A stretch of DNA of 63,628 nucleotides, the filler included, from Collodictyon triciliatum (taxonomy: Eukaryota), in NCBI GenBank assembly GCA_043381765.1. It is 12 parts of 12 records of this genome, joined end to end, with 100 filler letters (N's around TTAATTAATTAA, not from the genome) between each part and the next. Parts side by side here need not be neighbours in the genome. Positions count along the whole stretch, not along the records: positions 1 to 5,578 come from JBHJMP010005104.1; positions 5,679 to 11,255 come from JBHJMP010005105.1; positions 11,356 to 16,930 come from JBHJMP010005106.1; 9 more parts are not named here. One strand, written 5' to 3'. Positions 1-11,970 of this stretch are shown piece by piece. Both the position numbers and the translations under genes were made by a program. A model generated the notes under the pieces. It ran no database searches. It worked only from the letters and a program-made list of their open reading frames with translations, and had not been told where the DNA came from. Numbering within the stretch: the stretch's first letter is position 1; every line of letters begins with the position of its first letter.

Positions 1-345
1 AAAAAAAAAAAAAAAAAAAAAAAAAAAAGAAACAGAAAAAGAAAAAGAAAAAAAAAAAAAAAAAGAAAAAAAGAAAAAAAGAAAAAAAGAAAAAAAAAGT
101 AATCAGTCAAATGATTTTAATATTCACGTTTCTATTCCAGTGCGTGACCTGTTGGTTTTATGAATCTGGTCATAAGAACAGAGAAATCCCGAAAAGAGGG
201 ATGAGAACCATGTTTTTCAACATATGGCTCAATATTGATTCAAACCTTTAATAGTTAATCTTTCTCAGCAACCAAGAAAGCAACAAAACCTCTCGCTTCT
301 CAGCTTTTCGATACCTTAAGCATACCATACTGACCTGCATCAAGA

Positions 346-3300
346 ATGGACCGCAGAAGAAGGCGATCTTCTATCACGCACAGTGGCCACTGGAAGCCCC
401 TCGACGTTGAATCACTCTCCTACAAAAAACCCGAGAATCCCACCACAAGAGAAGGAAAAATATATGGACCCGTAATATGGCTATGTAAGTCCGGCCTATC
501 GACAGTACCGGAGACCGTAACGAATACACCCGATGTTGTATACTTATTTTTACAAAAAAACGCCATATCTTCCGTCACAGAATCCATCAAGAAATTGGTT
601 GATCTTGAGATCATCGACTTATCATTCAACAAGGTTTCAGAACTGCCTTTTGATTTTTCCAATCTTTCGCGCTTACAAAAAATATGGCTTCGAAATAACC
701 GTATCTCTCACATCCCCGACAGTTTCTCTGTTCTAACTTCCATAGAAGTGCTTGATGCTTCCAATAATCTTATTTCAAAGACCCCCGTTTTCCTCTCAAA
801 CTTGATCAGACTGAAACATCTGAACCTCTCAGCCAACCAGTTATCTACATTACCAGAGAACATAAACTTACACACAGGCATTCTGTCTCTTCAACTTTCT
901 GTGAATAATATTAATCTAGTGCCGAATAGTTTTTCATCCTTGCATTTACTTCAGGTTCTCAATTTGTCCTACAACCGTATTTCCAGCCTTGATCTGATTA
1001 CACCTGGTCTCTCTTCTCTAACCTTGCTGGACATATCGGGTAACCAAGTAGAGCGTTTCATTACACAGGATGTCAACCTACCCTTTCTCAAGGAAATCTA
1101 TGCACCCGATAATCTCATCTCTGACCTGCCTGCCTCGATGTCCCTGGTGACGTCTCTTGTTGTGTTGGACTTATCAAGAAATACGAGACTGTGTGAATTC
1201 AAGGTCAGGACAAAGAACATGAAAGACCTTCGATACTTGAGTCTATCTGACTGCAACCTAAAGAATATCCCCCCTGTACTCACGGAATCCCCACACATTG
1301 GATACTTATTACTTAAAGGCAACGCCATTCAAACTCTGAGCACAAACATCGCCATGATTAAGTCTCTCGAAGAACTGGATCTGTCCTACAACTACATCTC
1401 TCATGTCCCCTCTGACATACAGCAGCTCGCCAAACTAAGAGTTCTCCGACTATCCAGCAACTTTATATCTTCTCTTCCACGATCGATAACTGTCCTAAAG
1501 AACCTCGAGCAGCTCGACTTGCGTGAAAATGCGTTTGACCAAGGGGAGGATATCGTAATGGAGGCATATCTTTGCGACCTGGAAACATTAGACTTGTCCA
1601 ATAGTAATCTAACCCATGTACCAAGACTCATCAGCCAGCTCACAACCATACAAAAGCTGGATCTTTCTCACAATATGATATCGTCCATACCTCCTTTTGT
1701 CTCCAAGCTCTGCAGATTGACCAGTTTGAAGGCCAGCCACAACCAGTTATCCATCTTGCCCGATATCTTTGATGACATGCCATCATTAGTAGACCTGAAC
1801 ATCGACCACAACCCTTTGACACCAGAGGATTTGATGCTTTGGAAAAACATGGATATTCAGTCATGCTCTCTTAAAATCAAAGATTACTCGTTGATCGAAT
1901 TTCCTCAAAACATATCGCGTTATACATTCTTCAGGTCGATCAATCTAACCGGAAATAAAATAACTGCGATTCCAGATTTTTTGAGGCAATTTACCTTGCT
2001 GACTCACCTCGACTTATCTAGAAACTCTATCGGTGACCTACCCGATTTTATGAGTACCCTTCCCTTGAAACACTTTTCTGTAGAGGATAACGGCATGACC
2101 CCAGCCCACACAAAAGCGTGGTATGCTTTTGTATCGAGAAACACGTCACTGGATTTTTCATCTCAAGGACTAGCAGCCATTCCTGATTGCCTATCAAAGG
2201 TAACAACCTTATCGGAACTCGATATCTCCCACAACGAGTTGACACATATCCCTGAGACCATTTTGCCCATGATACACCTTGTCCGATTCTCTGTTCGAAG
2301 TAATCGCATTTCGTCTATTCCTCAGTTCATCACCAATTTGACAAACCTGGTAACCTTCGATATATCTGGCAACGCAATAAGCACTCATGAAGAAATAATG
2401 TGGTCTTGTTGCCTTCAAAAAGGGCTGTTCTTAAACTTGCATGGACAAAACCTACCAACCATGCCAAAGCTGATTGATAAGATGACCCATGTTGTATATC
2501 TAAACCTTGAAAGCAACAAAATAGTGTATCTACCAGATTCAATAAGTCATTTGATTAACCTGGAAGAACTGAATGTTGCTGATAACTTTATCGAGTGGTT
2601 ACCGCATGCACTGGGGAAATTGAAGGGTCTCAAAACTCTAAATCTCAACAATAACGATCTATCAATACACAAAGTCGATAACATCCCAGACGAAATCAAC
2701 CCCAACATCCCAAGTTCTCCCAAAGAAAACGACTCTGCCTTTACTGCATCCTATATCCAGTTCGTCCCACCATCGGTACTTGATACGCGGGGATGCAAAA
2801 TATCTATCCTAGGAAATATGAAGCTCCCGTCTGAGGTCATCCAAACATTCACAAAGTCGTCTAAAAGTGATGTCGATTACATAAAAAAGGCACTAATTAT
2901 TCTGGCTTCCATACGAAGAGTGCGTGACCATGATTCCAGTATAGCTGACGCATACGAAATTGCGGCAGAGCAACAACTAGCATTCCACTCTCATGCAAAC
3001 TCAGAGGCGAGCGAGTCTCTAGATTCTCAGATGCAGTCAATAGCGGACCTTGCTGTTAAGGCAGATGCTGTCCGACTGCTGTCTCCTTCATTTGTAGATG
3101 AGGTGGTCAGTAAAATGTGGAACAACGATGCAAATATGACCGAATATCTCATGAAAACAAAAAGGAAAAGCTCTTGGTGGGATGACGGGTTCTGGATGGG
3201 TTTGGCTTACTTTATCCAAGCGTTGAGAACTGAGTTCCCAAAATTCAGTACATCCCCGGCAGCGAAATTTTACTTGTCCTCCTTTGGCTATGCTATATAT

Positions 3301-5304
3301 CTGCTCTTTTTAACGATATACGTTGTCAATTACAACCAGACATACTCCACTCCTGTCTACTATATGTCCCAAGCTTTAGACAATACATTTGACCCGAGTG
3401 GGGTGACCAATGATTCCGATTTTTGGGATTACATTCACGATGTTTTAATACCCGGGCTATATGAGCCATCTAGGGATTCCAGGTTTTCTAATTCCGATTC
3501 AAAGATATATATCGAGTCTTATTTTAAACTGGCAGGGCAAGTGCAGTTTCGCCAACTGCGAGTGAAGCTGAGAAATTGTGACGCAGGAGCTCTGAATGAT
3601 TTTTATTCACATGCCTTGCCTTCATGCATTCCTCCGTACACTCCAGGCTTTGAGGAAAAATCAGCTTTCGTCACAAAGGATGGTAGCGTATGGGATTACA
3701 AAGAATACTCGGGATCAGCATCATTTATCAGCCCCACCGCAACATCATATCCTGGGAGTGGTTTTATCTACAAAGTCCCTGTAAATAAAACTGAGGGTAT
3801 TCAAAGCATATATAATATGGAAACCTCGGGGTGGATGGATCTGCAAACACGCGTTGTATTCATCGAATTCTTTGTTGTAAACCAAAATACAAACACATTC
3901 ACGCTCGCCCAGCTAATTTTCGAGTTCCTGGCATCTGGGAATGTTGTTGCCTCTAGTAAATATCACATTTTTCCAAACAGTTTTCTCGAGTGGAAATGGG
4001 GACAGACTGGCTCATCATGGGGCAATGCGATGTTTGGAATCCAAGTTGCCCTGATGATATACACGTTGGGATTCATTCTTCACGAAGGCCATCAATTTAT
4101 GGAAGACCCTAAAGACTATTTTGGAAACTTTTGGAACATGTTTGACATATCTCTTATTGTGTTGTTGATATCAATGATTACATCCCACGTGCAAGTCTAT
4201 CAACTTGCTCAAGATTACAATATGTTTGATGCGAACAGTGAGCCATCCACAGAGGATTTTATGTCCCGTATGCAACGGATAACTGTGTACATCTCATATC
4301 AAAAGGACATTTTCGCTGCCCTTTTATTCATGTCATGGGGACGTGTTTTGTTCTATTTTGGTATTCATTCATCCTTCGGTCCCATGCAGCTTGTTGTCAA
4401 ACACATGTTGAAAGATTTGCTTCAATTCCTCATACTCTTGATGGTATTTTTCTGTGCATTCACCACCGCATTTTATGCTGTCTATGGATCTTCTTTAAAA
4501 AATGTGTCCAGTATTCAGTCATCAAGCTATCTGTTGGCAGTGTTTCTCTTTGGGAATAGCGACTTTGACCCTCTTCAGCATGAAAACCCCATCATGGCCC
4601 CGCTCCTGTTTTTTGGATATGGACTTACTTGCTGCATTCTCCTTATGAATTTCCTCATCGCTATACTCACCAGCACATATGACAATATATATCGTGTTTC
4701 TCAAGATAGATACCGCCAACTTTTCACAGCCACCGTGCTGGAATTGATTCAAAGTCCTTTGCCGGTACCCTTCAATGTTTTGTATCCTGTCACATGGGCA
4801 TTACGCCCTCTGTGGGTTATGGCGAAGCCAGTAGGCTTTGAATTCCTTAGGATGTCTGGTGCAGCATGGGAAGACCGCTCAAGGGGTTGGGGTTTTATTT
4901 GGGATAATAAGCAGATGATAGCCTTGCTCGCTCACTTAGACCTCAAAAGCTTAGCGAACTTTTTTAGAGACTACAATGACATATTTGGGACCATATACAT
5001 CACAATCTGGATTGATCATATTGTGTTTGTATCGATGGGGGTTTTATCCTTTCTTGTTCAAGTTCCGTACTTTCTTTTCTCAAATGCAAGGGGTGCCGCG
5101 CACTTTTTGATATATCGAATTAGGTTCAAGAAGTCGAAAGTGCAGTCAAGGAGGCAGCTCCCAGTGAGCATAGATATAGACCTTTTTCAGTTAGTTCTTG
5201 TCCATATAGCGCTTTTTTTATTTCGACTTGTTTATCTTCTTAGCTTTATACCTTGGCTCTTGGTCTTCTCCTTCCGCTTTGTTATCGCCTGGAAAAAGGT
5301 TTGA
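346..5304 (+). CDS. LRR-containing TRP/polycystin-like cation channel; a single long exon, possibly continuing after a GT donor at about 5299
   Basis: 1652-aa ORF. About 770 aa of LxxLxLxxN repeats, then a pre-S1 'SPAAKF', a polycystin TOP domain (RQLRV, YPGSGF, WMDLQTRVVFIEF), 'YFGNFWNMFD', S5-pore-S6 'NFLIAILTSTY' and 'LPVPFN'. Confidence 0.88.
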   Translation: MDRRRRRSSITHSGHWKPLDVESLSYKKPENPTTREGKIYGPVIWLCKSGLSTVPETVTNTPDVVYLFLQKNAISSVTESIKKLVDLEIIDLSFNKVSELPFDFSNLSRLQKIWLRNNRISHIPDSFSVLTSIEVLDASNNLISKTPVFLSNLIRLKHLNLSANQLSTLPENINLHTGILSLQLSVNNINLVPNSFSSLHLLQVLNLSYNRISSLDLITPGLSSLTLLDISGNQVERFITQDVNLPFLKEIYAPDNLISDLPASMSLVTSLVVLDLSRNTRLCEFKVRTKNMKDLRYLSLSDCNLKNIPPVLTESPHIGYLLLKGNAIQTLSTNIAMIKSLEELDLSYNYISHVPSDIQQLAKLRVLRLSSNFISSLPRSITVLKNLEQLDLRENAFDQGEDIVMEAYLCDLETLDLSNSNLTHVPRLISQLTTIQKLDLSHNMISSIPPFVSKLCRLTSLKASHNQLSILPDIFDDMPSLVDLNIDHNPLTPEDLMLWKNMDIQSCSLKIKDYSLIEFPQNISRYTFFRSINLTGNKITAIPDFLRQFTLLTHLDLSRNSIGDLPDFMSTLPLKHFSVEDNGMTPAHTKAWYAFVSRNTSLDFSSQGLAAIPDCLSKVTTLSELDISHNELTHIPETILPMIHLVRFSVRSNRISSIPQFITNLTNLVTFDISGNAISTHEEIMWSCCLQKGLFLNLHGQNLPTMPKLIDKMTHVVYLNLESNKIVYLPDSISHLINLEELNVADNFIEWLPHALGKLKGLKTLNLNNNDLSIHKVDNIPDEINPNIPSSPKENDSAFTASYIQFVPPSVLDTRGCKISILGNMKLPSEVIQTFTKSSKSDVDYIKKALIILASIRRVRDHDSSIADAYEIAAEQQLAFHSHANSEASESLDSQMQSIADLAVKADAVRLLSPSFVDEVVSKMWNNDANMTEYLMKTKRKSSWWDDGFWMGLAYFIQALRTEFPKFSTSPAAKFYLSSFGYAIYLLFLTIYVVNYNQTYSTPVYYMSQALDNTFDPSGVTNDSDFWDYIHDVLIPGLYEPSRDSRFSNSDSKIYIESYFKLAGQVQFRQLRVKLRNCDAGALNDFYSHALPSCIPPYTPGFEEKSAFVTKDGSVWDYKEYSGSASFISPTATSYPGSGFIYKVPVNKTEGIQSIYNMETSGWMDLQTRVVFIEFFVVNQNTNTFTLAQLIFEFLASGNVVASSKYHIFPNSFLEWKWGQTGSSWGNAMFGIQVALMIYTLGFILHEGHQFMEDPKDYFGNFWNMFDISLIVLLISMITSHVQVYQLAQDYNMFDANSEPSTEDFMSRMQRITVYISYQKDIFAALLFMSWGRVLFYFGIHSSFGPMQLVVKHMLKDLLQFLILLMVFFCAFTTAFYAVYGSSLKNVSSIQSSSYLLAVFLFGNSDFDPLQHENPIMAPLLFFGYGLTCCILLMNFLIAILTSTYDNIYRVSQDRYRQLFTATVLELIQSPLPVPFNVLYPVTWALRPLWVMAKPVGFEFLRMSGAAWEDRSRGWGFIWDNKQMIALLAHLDLKSLANFFRDYNDIFGTIYITIWIDHIVFVSMGVLSFLVQVPYFLFSNARGAAHFLIYRIRFKKSKVQSRRQLPVSIDIDLFQLVLVHIALFLFRLVYLLSFIPWLLVFSFRFVIAWKKV

Positions 5305-5492
5305 TTTTTTTTCTTATGAAATTATTATGTACGAATAATTATTTTTCTAAAAAAATTCTTGAGGAGGTTTAACTTTTTTTCTCATCCGTTGCCACATCGG
5401 CATGTGTATCAACAGATAATAAAAGGTGAGAACTTCACATGTTTGTTTTTGTTTTTATTTTTATTTTTATTTTTATTTTTATTTTTGTTTTT

Positions 5493-5578
<86 letters not shown>

Positions 5579-5678
5579 NNNNNNNNNNNNNNNNNNNNNN
5601 NNNNNNNNNNNNNNNNNNNNNNTTAATTAATTAANNNNNNNNNNNNNNNNNNNNNNNNNNNNNNNNNNNNNNNNNNNN
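5579..5678. other. Artificial contig-joining spacer (N44-TTAATTAATTAA-N44); repeated at 11256-11355, 16931-17030, 22604-22703, 28277-28376, 33961-34060, 39626-39725, 45290-45389, 50953-51052, 56565-56664, 62233-62332
   Basis: Identical 100-nt spacer with stop codons in all frames, occurring about every 5.6 kb; genes are truncated at these spacers. Confidence 0.97.
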
Positions 5679-8600
5679 GAATTCAATTACGCTCGCTGAT
5701 GTTTCTTTGACAAAATCGTTCACCATCTCCGCTGTATCCTAAATGAAAGAACAAAATATGATTTCAATAATGATGATTCCGTCTATATGAAAGAAAAAAA
5801 AGATAAGTCATTCAGAAAGTATATTCTTACCAAACGAACTTTGGTGGGCACAGAAGTTCCCTGCAGAAGCGTCGAAAGAACCGTTTGGATGTACGGCATG
5901 GTGATTGTGGCATTCTTGACAGAAAGGGCCTGGTATTTGAGAAAAGTATTAAATCGGGATACAATAATTGGTAGTATATCAGGTCGATATACATGATTAA
6001 GTATGGTATTGGGATTCTGCAAAATAGTATGGTTTACTTGATTCTGAAGGATATAGTTTCGTGTATCCAGTAAGTCGCGATACTGTCTACGAGATGACTG
6101 TTCCTCTTATAAATAAATGATTTCAGCAAAATAATGACTTCAGAACAAAAAAAATTATCGAATTTGAGGACAAGAAATATAATGATAGTTTACTTTACTT
6201 CTCATTCAAAATTTCTGCAAGAAACACAAAAGCTGTTAATCCAGCGCATACGTAGTCATAATTTTTTTATAAGACGTACCAGAGTTCAAACTTGACAAGA
6301 TAAGTGATGCTATTTTAGATGCACTGAAGTAATCGAGGGCCTTGACAGCTAGATTGTAATCAATATCTACCAACTCAGCAATCAGCTCTGCAGCGTTCGA
6401 TACAGTGCCAACTTGGATTGTAACAGAATCTGTCGTAGAATCGCCAATCACATCCTTAACCTGAAATGAAACATGTTTTGTTAACTCATCATATTTAATC
6501 TTAAATTGAAGATTTTCATCGAATATGTTTAAACAGAATGTCAACATTTTTTAAAAGAAATCATTTTCAATCTATAAATAGATAACTAATAAAAATGAAG
6601 TATATGAAGTTATTGCAAGAGGAAAATTTAAAAGTCACTTGAGCGAAAATGGTGACACTGGATGATTTTGTGATGGGTATACGCGTTTGCACAAAGTTTA
6701 CTATGTCATCGTAGAGAAGGCTAACTCTTACGCCCTAGCCAAGAAAAGATAGTCATTTATTTGTAAAGTAGCTGTAAATATGCTCGATTTATCGTAATCG
6801 TGCATTATTTTAAGCTTCAATAAACCCACATCCGCAACGGCGTAGAAGGAATATGTAAGTGGATAGTCTTCCAAATCGTCGGTGTAGTCTTGTGCAATGA
6901 CAGTGGTCTCATCCTTCAATGGTAGCACAGAAGCGAGACTCGATGAGGTTTGGCCTCGTCTGGGTGGTGTGTTTGTCCTGACCTCAATATATGCTGAACC
7001 AATTGAGCCTAAAACCACAATCGGTTATAAAAAAAAAAGAAAAAAACAGGATAGAAATGAAATGAGTCCTGGTTTTATTGTGTAATTTTTTAATCACTGA
7101 CCAATCTCTGAAAACGCAAATTAAGAAAATGTGGTTCATTAACAAACCGCTCTGGTCAGTAGCATTCAAAGAGAAAACATATGTGGTCCCGGCAATCAAG
7201 GTATTTGCGCGGATAACAAGTGTCTTGCTATTTACTCCAAATGCATTTGATGAGTTCTAGATAATAGGTTAACCGTTTTTAATATGAATATGAATTGGTT
7301 ATCAACCAAGCTATTAATTCAGCAAATTGTATTGGATTATATTAATGAATGGTGGACAAGTCTATATGGCCAACTTCCAAAGATTTTGAAACCTTGAGGT
7401 CGATAATATTTGGGGTCACAGCCCAACTGTATGACAATGCTGTTGTGGCAGATGCAAGACCCTGTAGAATGAAAGACAAAAAGTTGATGTAAGCTTCAAT
7501 TAGGTGGTATGTAAGAGGTGCTCAATTTTATCAGTTTCATGAAATCACAAACGCTATCATTCATGTGTGATGGTAGCGACTAATATAAACCATACTTCAA
7601 GTACAAGTTGCTGGCTGAGAGCGACTTTGCGGTAGTCGCCTCCTTTGATTGTCACCACAGGTGGAGCTCCGGCAACCATAGTGAGAGTGGTGGACGAAGT
7701 TATCACCGTTTCCTGGATAATTAATAAATTATTAATGACAACATGACGTAAAATAGTAGTTTGTGCTTCAGTTTTTAAAACTTTTCAAGAAATATTATTA
7801 TTTTTTCAAAAATGTTTAGCTAGTCATTAGGGAAAAACACGGCAAATATTATCGTATGCAAACCCCGTCTACTATAGTCGCAAAGAATGTGTGTTTCCCT
7901 GTGTTATATTTAGTTCCTTCTACCAACAATGAGGCCGATTGAGTATTCAATCCAGCACAAAATCCTAACGTGTCCACCCCATCATACTTGCAAGTCCACT
8001 TGGGAACCAGCTATTGATAACAGATATTTATCAGTGAGCATGAAATTCAGTCTGTTGGATGGAATACCATTTATTTTTGGAGCAAAATAATAGAAATCTT
8101 TCAAAATAAATTTACCGGGGAGGAGGACTTTGTTGATGGGACGTCTCGATCAATTAATGTAGTTGTCAGAGTTGCGTTTTGAAGCTTTGAGATTTTTGTA
8201 TTAGAAAATAAGGATTTATTGATACAAAAAAATGCATGACGCAAAAAAAGGAGGACTCTGCCATAAATAAAAGTTATATAATCGTGTAATTACTTGTCCT
8301 GTTATTCTGTTTCCTCCGTTAATGACGAGAACTGGCTCACTCTTGTAAATAGAAACAGTATAATATGTCGAGGAAGTTTCCTTTGTGTTGGTATTTGTTG
8401 CCTATAATGAAACACCATCGTTTAATACAACGTCCTGGCAAATGATATTAGAGTTTATGGATTCATAATTGAATTGATGTTGTCAGGTTAGATTGTTAAG
8501 CCTTACATTCACACGCAACACAAATTCCTTGCCGACAAATTCACTCAAGGTGTATGGAGGGAAGGTGATTTGTTGTTGATCAGTTTTCTGGTTATTATAT

Positions 8601-11255
8601 AGACATTAAATGAGCAAAATTCTAATTAGCTATCAAGAACTAATATAGCACGATAATTTTGCTTTCTTTTGGCAATCTACCTGAATTCCGAGCTGTGATA
8701 ACGATTTACCGAGCCCCTCGACTGACCATGTGTATCGAATCAAACCATCTTGGGAGCAAATGGGCAATGAGCCAGTTACCACGAACGAATTTTGTCTCCA
8801 TACATAGATAAACTGTATGATTAAACCGTGTTGCAATTAATCACCCCATCTTTTCATATAATATTTAAAAAGACATTTAAATACGATTACACTCGAATGT
8901 ATTCTCCCTAAACCATTCAAAATCGCTCGCATTTGTGACATGATGAGAACTTGCATATATAATACCTGAGTCTGTCCTCCAAGCAAAAACAAAGATGGGG
9001 GAGTGGCTGATGAACGATATATGGACACATCTTTGGAACTAGACGCCCCGAGGAAGTTGCTGATGATGACTCGGAATTCATAAAACACATTGGTTGGCAG
9101 CAGGGTATAATTTAGGCCTGATTTTCTATCGAGAATGAGCTCCGGCCCGTTTGTAGCCTCGACGACTTCCTTGAGGAGCAACAGAGCGCTTCTTTGGCTA
9201 GTGTAAGAAATCAAACTTTAAGTGACTATGTCTAAAAATAAAATAAAAAAGTGACCGTCAATATTATTAAGTACTGTATTAAAATGTTTAATATCATCAA
9301 TTTACGATTCACTTACGCATCACCATCCGCATCAGGCATCTTCAACAGCTCCCATCGGTAGTTAAGAGGCTGTCCTCCAGTCTTGTATGTTTGGAAGGTT
9401 TGCAGGCGTAGTGGAACGCAGTATCCCAAAGCTGTGTTTCCCTGTGATTTTGATGTTGATTTTTAAATTTTTCTTTTTATATGCTCGTTTTCTAGGGATT
9501 GAAATCAAAATTTTCATTATTGATATAAAATTCATCAATTGGAGATATTCATATAACTATTGGTGTTATATTTTTACAAAAACAATTCAAATATTTATGT
9601 ACCTGAATGATGATGATTGGGGATATATCATCTTTGATTGTGGTGGGCTGTGTTCCAGTAACGAACGGATAAAGTCTTCGGTTGAGCTGTTCTCCTCCTG
9701 CTCTGAAAATGGCATCCGGACGAATTGTAATCGGTGCTGACAGTGCAGGAAGCACCCTTGCAGATATCTCAAGTGTCTTCGAATCAATCCACACGCACTT
9801 TGGCTCCACAAACAGGCTGATTGTTCCCGAAGTCAAAAAGAAAGCACAATCTGAACCTCCAGGGTTGATAGCAGGGCCGTTTGTTTCTCTATCGAATGTG
9901 ACAATGACAGAGCTCAGACTTGAGGAGTAGTAGGCGCCAGTGTAGGAAGGAGGTTTCTCTGCAAAGTATAGATAAATGAGAATAATATAATTTCCATGGG
10001 TGCTATTTTATGTTTCAAAGAAAAAAAGAAAGGATTTTTGATTATTTGCCATATTTGTGAGTCTAATAATAAAACAACCGTAAAGGGCCAGCTTGGTGTT
10101 TGAAGTGATATTTCGCTGCTTATCAAATGATATGGTGATGTCAACCAGCGCTGGGTTTTGTGTCGAGGAACAGCGACAGACAGCATGAGTCGAGTTCTTG
10201 ACGACCAAAGCACCCTGTTATCGAATTCAAGTTGTAAAATTGAGATGTTGTTTACGAATTTTGGAGATATTTACAAAATAAGGGTTTAATTAACAGGTTT
10301 ACTTGATTTTGTCCTTCGATTGAGCAGACGGCGTACTTTGGGAACATCTCCACGAAATTGGACCCGACCAGAGTTACGTTAAAGGATTTGGTGTGGTCCT
10401 CGTCGGTAGGCTGGAATGATGACAGCACAGGTACTGAGTAGATGTAAAAGAGCTCCGGTCCGAGAGATTGCGAGTCGGAAAGCGATATATTAATCTAAGG
10501 TTTGCAGATTTTTTTTTGTACTTTGTTAGGAATGTATAAAAACATGATTCTTATAATTTTGAGAGGATATATAGGAAATAAGCAATGGTCAATTAAGTTG
10601 TTGTAAGCGCAGATTTAAATCGAATCGAAATCACCTTTGCGGTTTGGTTTGAGTAGAACTGTTGAGTTGGAGATGGAATGTTAAAATGAACGACATTATT
10701 AACAAGTTCTGCGCCATTAATAGTTGTAGATTTTTCTGCTCCATCTTCCACATAATGAAATTCAATCGGGTATGTACCGTCTGAGACTTCTTTTGTGACA
10801 ATGGTAACCTTTGTTCCACCCTCGGCCGAACCTAGGTTGGGTGTAATGGACAAAATACCGCTTTCAAAGTACTCAAATAAAACAGTAGTATTTGGCATTT
10901 GCCCTCCTACCGTAACTATGACTGCACCAGTAAAAGGAAACTGAGCAGCACCCAAAATACAAACTAGATTTGTATCGCTGTATCGCAAAACATTTGCGCA
11001 AATGACATCTCCGATGGCCACCGAGGGATTGGGTGAAGAAGGCGGTCCGAAGTTTTCACCGGTAATAGTGGCAGGAAAGTTTCCGGATAAAGAAGTCCTC
11101 GATGGATTTATAGAGCTGACAATAGGAGGGTAATAATCCCAAGTAGAAGAAGCTTCGAGAACATAGCTCCCGCTTATGACTTTGATGGGAAGGTCTCGAC
11201 CTATACCGGGAGGAGAGATGCAAGATATCAACTTTCCAGTGTGGAACCCAACGAT
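5679..11255 (-). CDS. Multi-exon IPT/TIG + REJ-domain (PKD1-like) cell-surface protein, partial at both ends
   Basis: IPT motifs (PPIVSSINP..ITGENFG; SITPNLGSAEGGTKVTI) at 10593-11231; REJ-like motifs (TYVFSLNATD; VRTNTPPRRG...DYPLTYSF; VKDVIG) at 6236-7260; many GT-AG introns. Confidence 0.75.
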
Positions 11256-11509
11256 NNNNNNNNNNNNNNNNNNNNNNNNNNNNNNNNNNNNNNNNNNNNT
11301 TAATTAATTAANNNNNNNNNNNNNNNNNNNNNNNNNNNNNNNNNNNNNNNNNNNNCCCCCCCCCCCCCCCCCCCCTCTTTTTTTTTTTTTTTTTATTATT
11401 ATTATTGTTATTATTATTCTTTCCTATTTAAATCCAGTTCTTATCCGATAGTAATCCATTTTCTTTTTCATTAAAAAAAATTCTTTTCATTTGTCCTCTT
11501 CGCTCATAG

Positions 11510-11970
11510 TGGGCGGAGGAGAAAGTTCACAGGTTGGGGCGCTTCCCAGTTTTCAACAAGGCAGTCACGACCCACGCTTGATGGGGATAGTCGAAGGCCT
11601 ACAACCCAATCCTGACTCCATAGAGCCGTCTAGCGAGAAAAATGCAGTCGATAGAAACATGGCATCACCGCCCAACTTTAACTCTATCGGAATCGATACA
11701 ACTGAAAACCCGCCCCAATCCTCAAAAAAATCAAGCAAGTACAACCAGGTTCCTCAAACCAACTCAGGTAAGTGATGCAGATATAATTTTTATTCTGCTC
11801 ATATGAAGCAATACATGCATGTCTAATTTGATAAGGATTACTTAGCATTGCAATAACGACATGAATTTTTCCCTTTTTTTTTCCCTTCTTTTTCTTTGTT
11901 CGTGTTTTGTTTAGATTTACCCACATCAAGTAGTAATAAAAAGTGTATGGGTTGCTGTACTGTATCATAG
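11510..11970 (+). CDS. Last two exons (11510-11767, 11915-11970) of a protein with a low-complexity tail ending KKCMGCCTVS* (CaaX box)
   Basis: TAG acceptor at 11509, GTAAGT donor at 11768, TTTAG acceptor at 11914; the phase-1 join is in frame and ends CTVS-stop. Confidence 0.6.

Noticed and set aside
5623-5634. Regularly spaced TTAATTAATTAA motif
   Set aside because: Synthetic all-frame-stop linker inside N runs, not biological
346-11255. Apparent PKD2-like + PKD1-like gene pair in tail-to-tail arrangement
   Set aside because: Separated by an artificial spacer at 5579-5678; adjacency is a concatenation artefact
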